A DNA stretch of 64,000 bases from an uncultured Chloroflexia bacterium (lineage in GTDB: Bacteria > Chloroflexota > Chloroflexia > QHBQ01 > JADMIH01). Each line of letters begins with the position of its first letter. Within the stretch, counting starts at the first letter, position 1. The stretch covers positions 1,120,001-1,184,000 of the forward strand of contig CAWCNY010000002.1 in assembly GCA_963797095.1 (NCBI GenBank), given 5' to 3'. The position numbers and the translations under genes are program-made. Below, in pieces: positions 19,101 through 28,179 of the stretch. The notes beneath the pieces were generated by a model. The model did not search any database. It was not told the origin of the DNA and saw only the letters and a list, made by a program, of their open reading frames with translations.

Positions 19101-20177
19101 GAGGAATGCGCCCGTGGTGGTGATGGGTGCGGCGTCGGCCAGGTTGGGGCCGCGCTGGTCGGGGATCAGTTCGTTGCGCTTGGCGGTGATGAACTGGGTC
19201 TCAGGCTCGGAGGCGGGCGAGGGACCGCGATAGGTGAGGTTGCAGGGTGCGCCGCTGGATCCTCCGCAGCACCCCCACATGAAGGCGAAGTTGCGGTTGA
19301 GGTCGGTGCCGAACTGGCTGCTGCCGTTAGGAGGCCATGTACTGCAACCATTGGCCTTGTCGGCGTTCTTGCGCTGCGTCCTGGGGGTGGCGGTGCCGTT
19401 CTCCACAATGTGGTGGCCGTCAGGGTTGGACATAGGCACGATCCAAATTTCGTCCCAGTCTACGAGCCAGCGTGCATCGGCGTTGGTGTTGTAGCCGTCC
19501 AGCAGCCAGTTGATGTAATTAATGGCAAGCTCAGGCGGCACGATCTCCCGCGAGTGTAGGCCCGCGTTGAACCAGAACACAGGCTTGGTGCCGGTGATGT
19601 TCTGGTTGGTGATGCGCAAAGCGTACAGGTCGTAGCCGTTGTAATTGTTCGGCTGGGTGCACTGGTCGGGGTTGACCTTGCACCAGGAGTCGCCGATGTC
19701 CACTTTCTGCGCGAGGGTGGGGTACTGCGCCACCTTCTGGTCGAGGAAGGCTTGCATCTCCTCGACGGTGTAGTAGCCGTTGTAGAAGTTGTCGGCATTG
19801 TGGCCGAAAACGGGCGGGTTCTCCCTCGCGTAGTTAGTGGCATCCACGTCAACTTGCACATTGAGGCCGCGCGCCGCCAATTCGTTGTAAGTATCGCGGT
19901 CGGCTTGCAACGAGAGGTATCCGCCCTGGGCGTATTGCTGTTCGAGGCCGAACTCGCTTGTCACGTCTGCGTATTCGATCTGGCTCCGGTAATATATACG
20001 CAGCACAAGCATATCTCCCTGCGTCGATAGCACCGAGGGGGTCGGAGCTTGGGCGCGGGCGGGGCCAGCGCTGCCGCTGAAGGCTACCACTACCAGGCAG
20101 GCCAGGGTTAAGATCACGCTCAGTCTGAAAAAAGGCAGTATAGCATAGCGCTTCGCCAACGGATGCCCCTCCTCCAT
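16164..20177 (-). CDS. M14 zinc carboxypeptidase with P-proprotein-like domain and Cys-rich SLH anchor
   Basis: 'GLHSREI', 'NPDG', 'DLNRNF', 'YRGPSPASEPET', 'DMHS', 'FTIEL'; 'LSAFNGTDPNGTWSLYIVD'; start may be the TTG near 20159. Confidence 0.9.
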   Translation of the reverse strand: MEEGHPLAKRYAILPFFRLSVILTLACLVVVAFSGSAGPARAQAPTPSVLSTQGDMLVLRIYYRSQIEYADVTSEFGLEQQYAQGGYLSLQADRDTYNELAARGLNVQVDVDATNYARENPPVFGHNADNFYNGYYTVEEMQAFLDQKVAQYPTLAQKVDIGDSWCKVNPDQCTQPNNYNGYDLYALRITNQNITGTKPVFWFNAGLHSREIVPPELAINYINWLLDGYNTNADARWLVDWDEIWIVPMSNPDGHHIVENGTATPRTQRKNADKANGCSTWPPNGSSQFGTDLNRNFAFMWGCCGGSSGAPCNLTYRGPSPASEPETQFITAKRNELIPDQRGPNLADAAPITTTGAFLDMHSDARLTLYPWGQTFDHAPNNDDLRNLAKHMAATGVGGNGYLMEQSVGLYPTDGAIDDAEYGDLGAPGFTIELDSGGSFTPPYSQVAVDWNANRGPLIYLSKLARQPYLMTRGPDTNSVVSTPMTVTQGTSANLTASINYNWSSNNPNELNTYYQNVAAAEYYIDNPPWAGGTGIAMQPIDGSFNSATEGVQATVDTSGLTPGRHLLMVRGRGVNSYEGFQSWGAISAIFLDVLPGGGGTPTRTPTPAGASPTATGTPSIVPTQTSTPTSTPTSTASRTPTAPSTSTPTSSPTPFTGDTFCNTDEITWPQWGTATPYPSHIEVSGLSGTITGMSVTLSNVQTQWTGDLDILLVGPQGQSVVLLSDAGDACHSNDVDIQFVDGAPQFPQVGCPPSSPFIVSPTNYESPPYDDNYPPPAPPAPWGSTLSAFNGTDPNGTWSLYIVDDYPGFDGYIEDGWCLTIDTTTGTPVTPPPTYTPTTIPTLCPTQNYTTGTNTDPIVPGTTFVPGSNCDDCSVEISLPFSYKLYDQYFSTLHVYANGIATFGSSPGLAATCMPVTSATYTIFANGDDLLLTSAGDGIYTSISGTAPFRTFNVEWRGCYFAGGVCGDRVNFELRLSEGLARFELRYGSTSQNVALVGVQKDGVFYTQYRCGGSISDSVYFNLGSCATPTPGTPTTTTTATATATATSTPTASGTTNPTDTPPTDTPEPTQTPGGPSATPNPTGTPSNTLLPSQTPANPSSTPILTGIPQATSTSAVVTATATLCTLAFMDVPNDSTFYPFIHCLACLGIINGYAEGCETGSPCFKPGNDVTRGQIAKIVSNSAGFNDDPGVQIFEDVPLGSTFYDFIGRLASRGVMQGYPCGGPGEPCGTANRPYFRPNGTATRGQLAKIVSNAAGYNDTTAEQTFEDVPPGSTFYDFIERLASRGVMSGYPCGNPEPCMPGNRPYFRPANSVTRGQTSKIVANTFFPACTATIR

Positions 20178-20199
20178 GAATGATATAGATTGTGGTACA

Positions 20200-20225
20200 A
20201 AAAAGCCCAGGCAGTGGCCGGGCTA
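20200..20225 (-). terminator. Intrinsic terminator after the SBBP gene
   Basis: Minus strand AGCCCcGGC-cact-GCCtGGGCT followed by a T-tract. Confidence 0.7.
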
Positions 20226-23200
20226 CTATCTTCGCTGCGGAGTGCAACCAGGAAGAAATGTGTTACTGACGATCTTGGATAATTGGCCCCTGGTAGCGTC
20301 GTTACTCGGGCGGAAATACGGCAGGTTTCCCACACCGCACGGCTCACCTGGCCCTCCACAGGGATAGCCATTCATTATACCGCGCAATGCCAACCTGTAA
20401 ATAAAGTCGTAGAAAGTGGAGCCTGGGTCTACGTCCTCGAATTGCTGTGAGCCAGGGGGATCGGTGGGGCCCGCCGCCTCGGACACTATCTTGCTTATCT
20501 GCCCCCTGGTGGCGTTGCCGTTCGGGCGGAAATATGGCAGGTTTCCGTCTCCACAAGGCTCACCCTGTCCTCCACATGCATAGCCTGATATGATTTCTCT
20601 GGAGGCCAGCCGCCACACGAAATCGTAGAAAGTGGAGCCAGGTACCACATCCTCGAATTGCTGTGGTCCTCCCGCTTCCGAGAACCCGGCTGCGTTCGAC
20701 ACAATCTTGGCGATCTGCCCACGTGTAACGTTGTTGTTCGGGCGGAACGTGCCATCGGGATACCCGTTGAGTATGCCCATGCACGCCAGGCACTTTATAA
20801 ACGTGTAGAAGGTGCTCCCCACAGGAACGTCGGAGAAGGGAATCGTGCAGGCGGCAGGCGTAGCCGTAGATGTGCCTGTGGGAACGGTGGTGGCTGTGGC
20901 TGTGCTTACAGATGTGCTGGTGGCCGTGGCGATGGCGGGGACTGTTCCGGTCGATGTAGCGGCGGACGTGGAGGTGGAGGTGGGAGTGGATGTCGGGATC
21001 GAGGTAGAAGTGGGTGCGGTTGTGGGCGTGTTGGTGGCTGCTGGCGCGGTCCCCGTGGCAGTATTGAGGGCGCTAGGTGTGCGCGTCGCCGTTGAGGTAG
21101 ACGTGGAAGTGGGGATGGCGGATGGTGTGGAGGTAGAGGTAGAGGTAGAGGTGGAGCTAGGACCGGGCGTGGGCGTGCCGCCTGCCGGGTCGCTGATCTT
21201 GCTGATGAACACGTCGAAGGGCGCGGCGTTGTGGTCCTGGAATGGGTTGGCTGTTGGGAAGTTAGTAGAAGCCGTAAATCCCGAGGCGTATACCGCTCCG
21301 TCATCGTCGATAGCCGCTCCCTGGCCGTAGTCGCTGCCGGAACCACCCAGGTACGTAATGAACGAAGCAGGATTACCCGCAGGGGTCATTTTGAGTGCGA
21401 AAGCATCTAATGCGCCCCCGTAGGTGGGCTGAATCGGGTTGACCAAAGGGAAGTCGGCACTGTCGACGATGCCTACCACAGCGACCTCGCCGGCCGCATT
21501 GACCGCGATCCCTTGCCCGCGCTCGTTCCCCGGGCCATGACCACCGACATAGGTCGAGTAGATCAAGGCTGTGCCCGCGGCGTTCATCTTGCTGACGAAC
21601 ACGTCATAGAAACCGACCAGGGTGGGTTGGATGGGGTTCACGACCGGAAAATCATCCGAATCGGTGTCGCCCGTTACATAGATGTTGTTTTCGCTATCTA
21701 GGGTGATAGCAAAGCCCGTATCCGCGCCTGAGCCGCCTATCGTGTGACCTCCACCGAAGTAGGTTGAAAAGACAAATGCGCTGCCATCCGGGTTCAGCTT
21801 GGTTATGAAGGCATCCGACTCGCCTCCCTGGTATGTTGGGAAGAACGCGTTAAACGTAGGGAAATCCTGCGAGCTGGTTACACCCGTTGCGTAGGCGTTG
21901 CCCGTGCTATCTGCGGCGATACCATAAGCGTCCTCGCCGTCGAACTGCACAGACCCGCCCAGGAATGTCGAATAGACATAGGATTGGCCGTCGGATGTGT
22001 ATTTGGTGATGAAGGCATCGCCTGCACCGGACATAGTGCCCTGGATGGCGTTGAATGTTGGGAAGTTAGCCGAAATGGTGGACCCACATACGTAGATGTT
22101 GCCCGCCTGGTCAACATCCACTCCAGATCCCTGGTCCATAGTGCTCCCCCCCAGGTAGGTCGAAAAGACCAAAGCCGACCCCTCCGGGTTTACCTTCAGG
22201 ACGAACGCATCGATCCAGCCTCCATTCGAGGGTTGTTTAGGGTTGACAGTCGGGAAATCGGTTGAGGTGGTTTGTCCGGTGACCACCGCGTTACCGTCGC
22301 TATCCACCTTGATACCTCTGGCCCAGTCTACATCGTTGCCGCCCAGGTAGGTCGAGTAGACCAGCGCATCGCCGGAGGCGTTCATTTTGGTGATAATTAC
22401 GTCAGCGGACTTGGTGTGGTTGGGCTGTATGGGGTCGTGCACTGGGTAGTCATCTGAGCCTGTAACTCCCACGATATACATGTTCCGCGAGGGATCCACG
22501 GCGAGCGCGTATGCGCCATCGCTTCCCGTGCCGCCCAGATAAGTGGAATATGTGAGAGTGGGGTCTATCACAAGTGGCCGCGCCGAATCGTAGGAGCCAA
22601 CCTTGAAGCCGATGCTGCCGTCCGCGCGGATGCTGTAACTCGCAGGCACGCTCACCTTCTGCCCATCTATCTCCTGCCATGCTACCGGCGCGGCCTCCAC
22701 CAATTGCGAGTCCTGCCCTGAGCTTAGCGCGATCGTGAGATTGCCGCTTTCGTCTACGGTGGGCGTTCCGGCACCGTCATAACGCCAGCTAATGATCAAG
22801 GGGTTGGCTCCCGGCGCTATTGCGTAGGTGCCCTTCAGTTGCCCCTGCCGGTCGCCTGAGTAGGCAAGGTCTATCCCGGCGTACAGTCCTTTGTAGAAGA
22901 TATCGCCGTATAGCGGTACATCCGTGTGCCAGGCCGAAGGATCGTTGCCAATAAAGTAGTTGACCTTGCCGGGAGCGACTGCGCCGTGCTCGATTGTACG
23001 TGCAGGGTCAGCGCCAAGGAAGCGGACCCTTACTACGCTTGTGGTTTGTGATGTCGGCGCTTGAGGGGCAGCAAGACCGGGGCCGCGTGCGCGCTCGCCT
23101 CCCTGCATATCTTCGTCGGGTTGCGCGCCGAATGTCAATGTGACTTCGGAGGGGGTGAAATAGAGGTTAGCGCCGGGCGCGTGTGCGAGGTAGCGTACCG

Positions 23201-23378
23201 CCTCTCCGGTCTGGCCCACGTTCGGCTCGAAAAGGAGGCCGAGATGGGATGTGGTGAGGCTCTGAGTTGCGGCGCCGTTCGGTGATGTGCGGAATGCACT
23301 GCCCGACAGGCAGTATGATAAGACGGCCAGGATAACCAGCGAGAATCCTGCCAGCCTTTTGCGCGCTTGCCTGGACAT
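20226..23378 (-). CDS. SBBP beta-propeller repeat protein with Cys-rich SLH anchor
   Basis: 'FEPNVGQ', 'VNYFIGNDP..W', 'LVIDP.L.YSTYLGG', about seven 'STYLGG...D....IAVD' repeats, SLH x3. Confidence 0.9.
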   Translation of the reverse strand: MSRQARKRLAGFSLVILAVLSYCLSGSAFRTSPNGAATQSLTTSHLGLLFEPNVGQTGEAVRYLAHAPGANLYFTPSEVTLTFGAQPDEDMQGGERARGPGLAAPQAPTSQTTSVVRVRFLGADPARTIEHGAVAPGKVNYFIGNDPSAWHTDVPLYGDIFYKGLYAGIDLAYSGDRQGQLKGTYAIAPGANPLIISWRYDGAGTPTVDESGNLTIALSSGQDSQLVEAAPVAWQEIDGQKVSVPASYSIRADGSIGFKVGSYDSARPLVIDPTLTYSTYLGGTGSDGAYALAVDPSRNMYIVGVTGSDDYPVHDPIQPNHTKSADVIITKMNASGDALVYSTYLGGNDVDWARGIKVDSDGNAVVTGQTTSTDFPTVNPKQPSNGGWIDAFVLKVNPEGSALVFSTYLGGSTMDQGSGVDVDQAGNIYVCGSTISANFPTFNAIQGTMSGAGDAFITKYTSDGQSYVYSTFLGGSVQFDGEDAYGIAADSTGNAYATGVTSSQDFPTFNAFFPTYQGGESDAFITKLNPDGSAFVFSTYFGGGHTIGGSGADTGFAITLDSENNIYVTGDTDSDDFPVVNPIQPTLVGFYDVFVSKMNAAGTALIYSTYVGGHGPGNERGQGIAVNAAGEVAVVGIVDSADFPLVNPIQPTYGGALDAFALKMTPAGNPASFITYLGGSGSDYGQGAAIDDDGAVYASGFTASTNFPTANPFQDHNAAPFDVFISKISDPAGGTPTPGPSSTSTSTSTSTPSAIPTSTSTSTATRTPSALNTATGTAPAATNTPTTAPTSTSIPTSTPTSTSTSAATSTGTVPAIATATSTSVSTATATTVPTGTSTATPAACTIPFSDVPVGSTFYTFIKCLACMGILNGYPDGTFRPNNNVTRGQIAKIVSNAAGFSEAGGPQQFEDVVPGSTFYDFVWRLASREIISGYACGGQGEPCGDGNLPYFRPNGNATRGQISKIVSEAAGPTDPPGSQQFEDVDPGSTFYDFIYRLALRGIMNGYPCGGPGEPCGVGNLPYFRPSNDATRGQLSKIVSNTFLPGCTPQRR

Positions 23379-23393
23379 TGGCGGCCCCCTTGC

Positions 23394-23891
23394 TTAGGAG
23401 AGGATACGATAGAGATGTTCTATCGGAACCACGCGTGAGAGGAGCGCGTGAACAGGGCAATATTTCGTGATTGAGAGTTCTATAGCACGGGCTACCGCCG
23501 GCGCATCCACCTTCGGGCCGGACACCATATGCTCGACCACTATGCTCGTGTAGATTTTGGGGTGTTCGGTGGCCTCGGTGGCGTACACATTGATCTCGTA
23601 GCCCGTAACGATCTGGCGCTTCTTTCTGAGGATCGAGATCACGTCCATGCCGGTACAGGTCGCCAGCGATATAAGGAGCAGACCTTTCGGTTCAGGGCCT
23701 GTGCTGTCGCCGCCCACCAATGGGTCGGCGTCTATTCTGAGCAGATGCCCGCTAGGCGCGGTGGCGTCGAAGGCCATGCGGGCTGTATTGGGCATTGTAA
23801 TGCGTGCAATTGCCGGGTAATCTGTAGGTTCGACAGGCTCCGAAATATGGCGGGGCTGCGCAGGCGAAATGCTTTCTGTAGGAGGGAACAT
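23394..23891 (-). CDS. OsmC/YhfA-family protein
   Basis: 'GPEPKGLLLISLATCTGMDVISILRKKR...LSITKYCPV'. Confidence 0.9.
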   Translation of the reverse strand: MFPPTESISPAQPRHISEPVEPTDYPAIARITMPNTARMAFDATAPSGHLLRIDADPLVGGDSTGPEPKGLLLISLATCTGMDVISILRKKRQIVTGYEINVYATEATEHPKIYTSIVVEHMVSGPKVDAPAVARAIELSITKYCPVHALLSRVVPIEHLYRILS

Positions 23892-23992
23892 TAAGTGAAT
23901 TAGGCCCCTTTCTAAAGGTGGGCGGGGAGGTAAGGTGATGCCTTGTTACGGAAGTATAGCAGGCATGCTGTGCAGGCGCAAGAGGCGCGCCT

Positions 23993-25687
23993 CTACTCGC
24001 GTTTGCGGAGCAGGGCCAGCGCGGCAGCCATGGCCACTCCTGCCAGACTCCACCCTCGCCAGTTGCGCTGCTTTGGCCGAAGGTCGGCCAGCACGGCACC
24101 GGCGGCGCTGCGCCCAGATGCGCCCGATACGCCGCCGCCTGGGTGAGTGCTGGCCCCCGTGATATAGAGACCGGGTATGTGCGCCCTGTACAGCGATAGC
24201 TCAGGCAGGGGGCGGAACATAAACATCTGGTCAAGCGACATATCGATATGCATGATGTTGCCGCGCAGCAGGCCCACGTTGCGCTCCAGGTCGAGCGGTG
24301 ACTGGATGTGCCGGTGGGTGATGCTGCCCGCCACGTTGGGCGCGTACTCGGCCAGCGTCTCGATCAAGCGGTTTGCCTCGCGCTCGCGTATGCTGTCCCA
24401 ACTCTCGCCGTTCGCCAGCGCATAGGGGTGATACTGCGCCCAGATGTAAAGCGAGTGCTTGCCGGGAGGCACAATAGTCGGATCAACAGCCGAAGGTGTC
24501 ATAGCCACCAGGGCGGGCTTGCGAGCGGGGTAGCCCAATTGCGCATCGTCGTAAGCGCGCTGCAAATAGTCCACGCCTGGGCAGATCAATTGCATCGCGG
24601 AGTGTTCAGGATATGTGATATGTGATACTCGACCTTTGTCCGAATCACCACTGTTCATCGTCTTGTAACGTGGCAGCTCATCCACCGCGCAGCGCACCGT
24701 CATGCCGATGCCGTTGCCCACTCGCAGCGATCTCACCCTGGCGCGCAGGTCAGAGGGGAGGCTTTCAGGGTCGAGCAGTCGCAAGAGCGTAGTCTGGATG
24801 TGCGCGCCCGATACAACAATATCCGCGCTGACCCGCTCGCCTCCCGCGACTTGAACCCCTGATACCTTGCCGGTGGCCGTAAGGATGCGCTCCACAGGTG
24901 CGTCGCACCGCACCTCGCCGCCGTGCGCCCGGAGGCAAGAGGCCAGGGCCGTCGCCAGCATGCCCGACCCCCCGCGAGGGTGGGTCGCCCTCACGTCGTG
25001 GTAGAGGCTGTGCGCGCCGGCCAGCGCCCCCGCGCCGACCTCCGAAGGGGGAGGGCCTGATTGGGCGGCAATCCAGGCGACGGCAGCCTTCACCTGCGGC
25101 GAGACAAAAGTCTCATCGAGCATCCTGCCATAGCTGCCTAATACCCTGCTCAGCAGGGGGAGGCCCGACATCGAGGGATCGGCTTTGCCCCCCGATCTGA
25201 TCTGCCCGATGGCGGTCTGCCGTGCGATCTTGCCGATGGCCGCGCCGGGCGCGGGGGCCTGCGCGAATATCTCGAACACCGCCCGGTTGAAGTCGTGCCA
25301 TTTCTCTACGAATTGCCGGTAAGCCTCGGCGTCCCGCTCGGATATCCGCGCTATCGATTGGCATGTGCGGTCGAGGTCGCGCCAGAAGGTGATGTACGTG
25401 CCGTCGGGGAAGGGCGCGAAACCCCATGGGTCCATCTGCATATACTCGAGGCCATATTTACGCAGCTCCAACTCCTGTATCACCGGCGTCTTGTGGATCA
25501 GGATGTGCATCACCGAGCAGGTATCGATATGGTAGCCGGGCCAAAGCTCCTCGGTGTTGACCGCGCCTCCCACGCGAGAGCGACGCTCGAGCACACTTAC
25601 ATCGTGGCCTGCCCTGGCTAGATAGCAGGCGCACACCAGGGCGTTGTGGCCCGCTCCTACGACAACTACTCGCTTTTTGGCCTGCAT
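23993..25687 (-). CDS. Phytoene dehydrogenase-like FAD oxidoreductase (CrtO/CrtI family)
   Basis: 'VVGAGHNALVCA.YLA', 'GLYITGASTHPGGGVSG'; hydrophobic C-terminal tail. Confidence 0.85.
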   Translation of the reverse strand: MQAKKRVVVVGAGHNALVCACYLARAGHDVSVLERRSRVGGAVNTEELWPGYHIDTCSVMHILIHKTPVIQELELRKYGLEYMQMDPWGFAPFPDGTYITFWRDLDRTCQSIARISERDAEAYRQFVEKWHDFNRAVFEIFAQAPAPGAAIGKIARQTAIGQIRSGGKADPSMSGLPLLSRVLGSYGRMLDETFVSPQVKAAVAWIAAQSGPPPSEVGAGALAGAHSLYHDVRATHPRGGSGMLATALASCLRAHGGEVRCDAPVERILTATGKVSGVQVAGGERVSADIVVSGAHIQTTLLRLLDPESLPSDLRARVRSLRVGNGIGMTVRCAVDELPRYKTMNSGDSDKGRVSHITYPEHSAMQLICPGVDYLQRAYDDAQLGYPARKPALVAMTPSAVDPTIVPPGKHSLYIWAQYHPYALANGESWDSIREREANRLIETLAEYAPNVAGSITHRHIQSPLDLERNVGLLRGNIMHIDMSLDQMFMFRPLPELSLYRAHIPGLYITGASTHPGGGVSGASGRSAAGAVLADLRPKQRNWRGWSLAGVAMAAALALLRKRE

Positions 25688-25898
25688 TTAACCCTCTTTT
25701 CGCAGTTAAGCAGATTACTCGCCTGGCCTAGTATATACGCTACCTGCTCCAGGCGTAGAGGCTTCTTCAGCCTTCCGTCCGAGCCCTGGCCGGGCCGTAA
25801 TCTTGGAACTCTGTTCCCGATTCTTCTCCCCTTGACAGGCGGTGCGGGCCTGGGGTAACGTACTACTGCGGATCTTGAGCGCACTGTGAGGTCAGTTG

Positions 25899-26552
25899 AT
25901 GGCGCCTATAGAGGTCGAGGACAAGGGAGAAGGCGGGGTGGGGCTGGAGCGGATTATCTTCTTCAGCGATGCGGTATTTGCCATAGCCATCACTCTGCTG
26001 GTTATAGATCTGCGCTTGCCTCCGAACCTCGCGGACCTATCCTACGATGAAATCTCCAGGCAGTTAGGCAACGCGATACAGGAAGTGTTCAACGGAGAGT
26101 TCCGCAGCTTTGTAATCAGTTTTATGGTGCTAGGCAACTACTGGATGCTCCATCACAGGCTGTTCGGCTTTATCAAGCGATATGACCCCGGCCTTATCTG
26201 GCGCAATCTCTTCTTCCTGATGAGCATCGCCTTCTTGCCTTTTCCAACCTCGGTCCTCGGTGGGTACGGCGACCATGCGGAAGCTGTTATCCTCTATGCG
26301 GCGTCCGGGGCGGTGACCGGCTTGCTCGTCACATGGCTCTGGAACTACGCGACCTCAGCCTACCGCCTCGTGGACCCTGACCTGGATCCACGTTTCATCC
26401 GCTACAACCTCCTGAGGACCTCTGGTGCCACGTTTGTATTCCTGCTATCGATACCCATAGCCCTCTTCAACTGGTTCATCGCCGAACTCTGCTGGGTTGC
26501 CCTGTTCCCCTTCCTGTTCCTCCTCCGCCGCCGCTACGGCCACGCCTCCTGA
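25899..26552 (+). CDS. TMEM175-family potassium channel (DUF1211)
   Basis: 'RIIFFSDAVFAIAITLLVIDL', 'W..HH..F', 'FLPFPT'. Confidence 0.92.
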   Translation: MAPIEVEDKGEGGVGLERIIFFSDAVFAIAITLLVIDLRLPPNLADLSYDEISRQLGNAIQEVFNGEFRSFVISFMVLGNYWMLHHRLFGFIKRYDPGLIWRNLFFLMSIAFLPFPTSVLGGYGDHAEAVILYAASGAVTGLLVTWLWNYATSAYRLVDPDLDPRFIRYNLLRTSGATFVFLLSIPIALFNWFIAELCWVALFPFLFLLRRRYGHAS

Positions 26553-26693
26553 TATTGGCGGGAGTTACCAAGTAACCGAGAGTTGCACAGGCGTCTATTC
26601 CTTCGTTGGCGAGCTAATGATCATAGCTCATTCTAGCCACTCCATCAACTTTGTGCAGGCCGAAGTAGCACTTTGCACATTGGTTACACATCC

Positions 26694-26722
26694 TTGCACA
26701 GGTAGAACATAGGTGCTATACT
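26694..26722 (+). promoter_or_regulatory. sigma70 promoter TTGCAC-N17-TATACT with LexA-like box AGAAC-ATAG-GTGCT in the spacer
   Basis: Exact 17-bp spacing; box at 26704-26717 has one mismatch to GAAC-N4-GTTC. Confidence 0.65.
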
Positions 26723-26765
26723 CAAAGCAAAGCGCTGCACATCTCTAGACAGGAGGCAAATAGCT

Positions 26766-27878
26766 ATGTCAGGCAAGGCGGGCAAGGTGACCGTGCTGGT
26801 GGGCACCACAAGAGGGGCGTTCTTTTATCACTCGGACGCCGATCGGAAGAACTGGGAGATGACCGGGCCGCATCTCGACGGCTGGGAAATCTATAGCCTG
26901 TGTGGGCTAAACGATAGCAACGGGAACGGCAACCAAAGTAACGGCCGCATTTTCGCCGGCACATCGCACTTCGTATATGGCACCACGATTCGCGTCAGCG
27001 ATGATATGGGCGAGACCTGGACGCAGGTGGAGGCTAGCCCCCGCTACTCCGAAGATAGCGGGTTCAAGATGAACAGGATATGGCAGATCGTGCCAGGCCA
27101 CCCGGCGCAACCGGGCACCATGTACGCTGGCGTGGACGAAGCCGGGCTATTTGCCAGCCACGACGGTGGCACTACCTGGGAGGAAGTGACCGGCCTGAGC
27201 CGGCATTCCACACGAGGCGAGTGGGGACCGGGCAACGGCGGGCTTTGTCTTCACACCATTCTGGTTGACCCTACCAATCCAAAGCGCATGTGGATCGGCA
27301 TTTCGGCGGTGGGTGTCTTTCGCACCGACGATGGCGGCCAGAACTGGAAGGTGTGCAACAACGGCTTGCCGGGAGTGCCCACAGGTGTCCCCACACAGGA
27401 AGTAGGGCGTTGCGTGCACAAGATAGTGCTCGACCCCGACAATCCCGATACTCTCTACTGCCAGTTCCACGGTGGGGTGTTCAAATCGACCGATGCCGCC
27501 AATTCGTGGCAGCCAATCGAAAGCGGCCTGCCAAGTAACTTCGGCTTCCCGATGGGCGTAACCAATGGCGGCGACCTCTTCGTGATCCCCCTGGAGAGCG
27601 ATATGCAGCGCCATGTGAAGAACGGGCAGCTAAAGGTCTACAGGTCGCAGGATAAAGGAGAGAGTTGGGCACCCTCCGGCTCTGGTCTGCCTGAGCAGCC
27701 GCACTATGTCGGCGTGCTTCGCGACGCGCTCGCCGTGGATAGCATGGACCCCGCAGGGATCTACTTCGGCACCAGCATGGGCGAGGTATTCTATTCGCCC
27801 GATGCCGGGGAGACCTGGGATCGCCTACCGGGCCAGTTCCCGCGCATCACCATGATCAAAGCCTGGGTGCGAGACTGA
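26766..27878 (+). CDS. Cytoplasmic BNR/Asp-box beta-propeller protein
   Basis: Repeated 'S.D.G.TW' Asp-boxes; no signal peptide; 'WGPGNGGLCLHTI', 'CVHKI', 'QFHGG'; RBS AGGAGG. Confidence 0.85.
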   Translation: MSGKAGKVTVLVGTTRGAFFYHSDADRKNWEMTGPHLDGWEIYSLCGLNDSNGNGNQSNGRIFAGTSHFVYGTTIRVSDDMGETWTQVEASPRYSEDSGFKMNRIWQIVPGHPAQPGTMYAGVDEAGLFASHDGGTTWEEVTGLSRHSTRGEWGPGNGGLCLHTILVDPTNPKRMWIGISAVGVFRTDDGGQNWKVCNNGLPGVPTGVPTQEVGRCVHKIVLDPDNPDTLYCQFHGGVFKSTDAANSWQPIESGLPSNFGFPMGVTNGGDLFVIPLESDMQRHVKNGQLKVYRSQDKGESWAPSGSGLPEQPHYVGVLRDALAVDSMDPAGIYFGTSMGEVFYSPDAGETWDRLPGQFPRITMIKAWVRD

Positions 27879-27894
27879 AAAGAGGGTTCCTGAT

Positions 27895-28179
27895 ATGAGC
27901 AATACGGGCATCGAGGTCAATGTTCCGACGATTTTGCGCGATTGCGTCGGCGGTAGCACCCAGGTCAGAATCGAGGCGACCACTCTGGCCGATGCATTGG
28001 ACCGCCTTTGCACAACCTACCCTCTGTTGCGCTTCCACCTCTACGACGAGACGGCGAAGCTGCGGCCTCACGTGCTGATCTTCTACAACGACGAGAGCAC
28101 CCGCTGGCTGGAGCGGCTGGACATTCCGCTCCAGCCGGGCGACCGCCTGGAGATCCTCCAGGCTGTTTCCGGTGGATAG
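27895..28179 (+). CDS. MoaD/ThiS-family ubiquitin-like protein
   Basis: 94 aa with beta-grasp pattern, ending 'LQAVSGG'. Confidence 0.92.
   Translation: MSNTGIEVNVPTILRDCVGGSTQVRIEATTLADALDRLCTTYPLLRFHLYDETAKLRPHVLIFYNDESTRWLERLDIPLQPGDRLEILQAVSGG

Noticed and set aside
12146-23378. Diversity-generating retroelement TR/VR pair among the similar SLH 3' ends
   Set aside because: Differences are not adenine-specific and no reverse transcriptase is present; ordinary paralogy explains them.
26766-28179. Molybdopterin or thiamine biosynthesis operon, or a true sialidase
   Set aside because: No moaE, moeB or thiG nearby; Asp-boxes alone do not imply sialidase activity, and there is no signal peptide.
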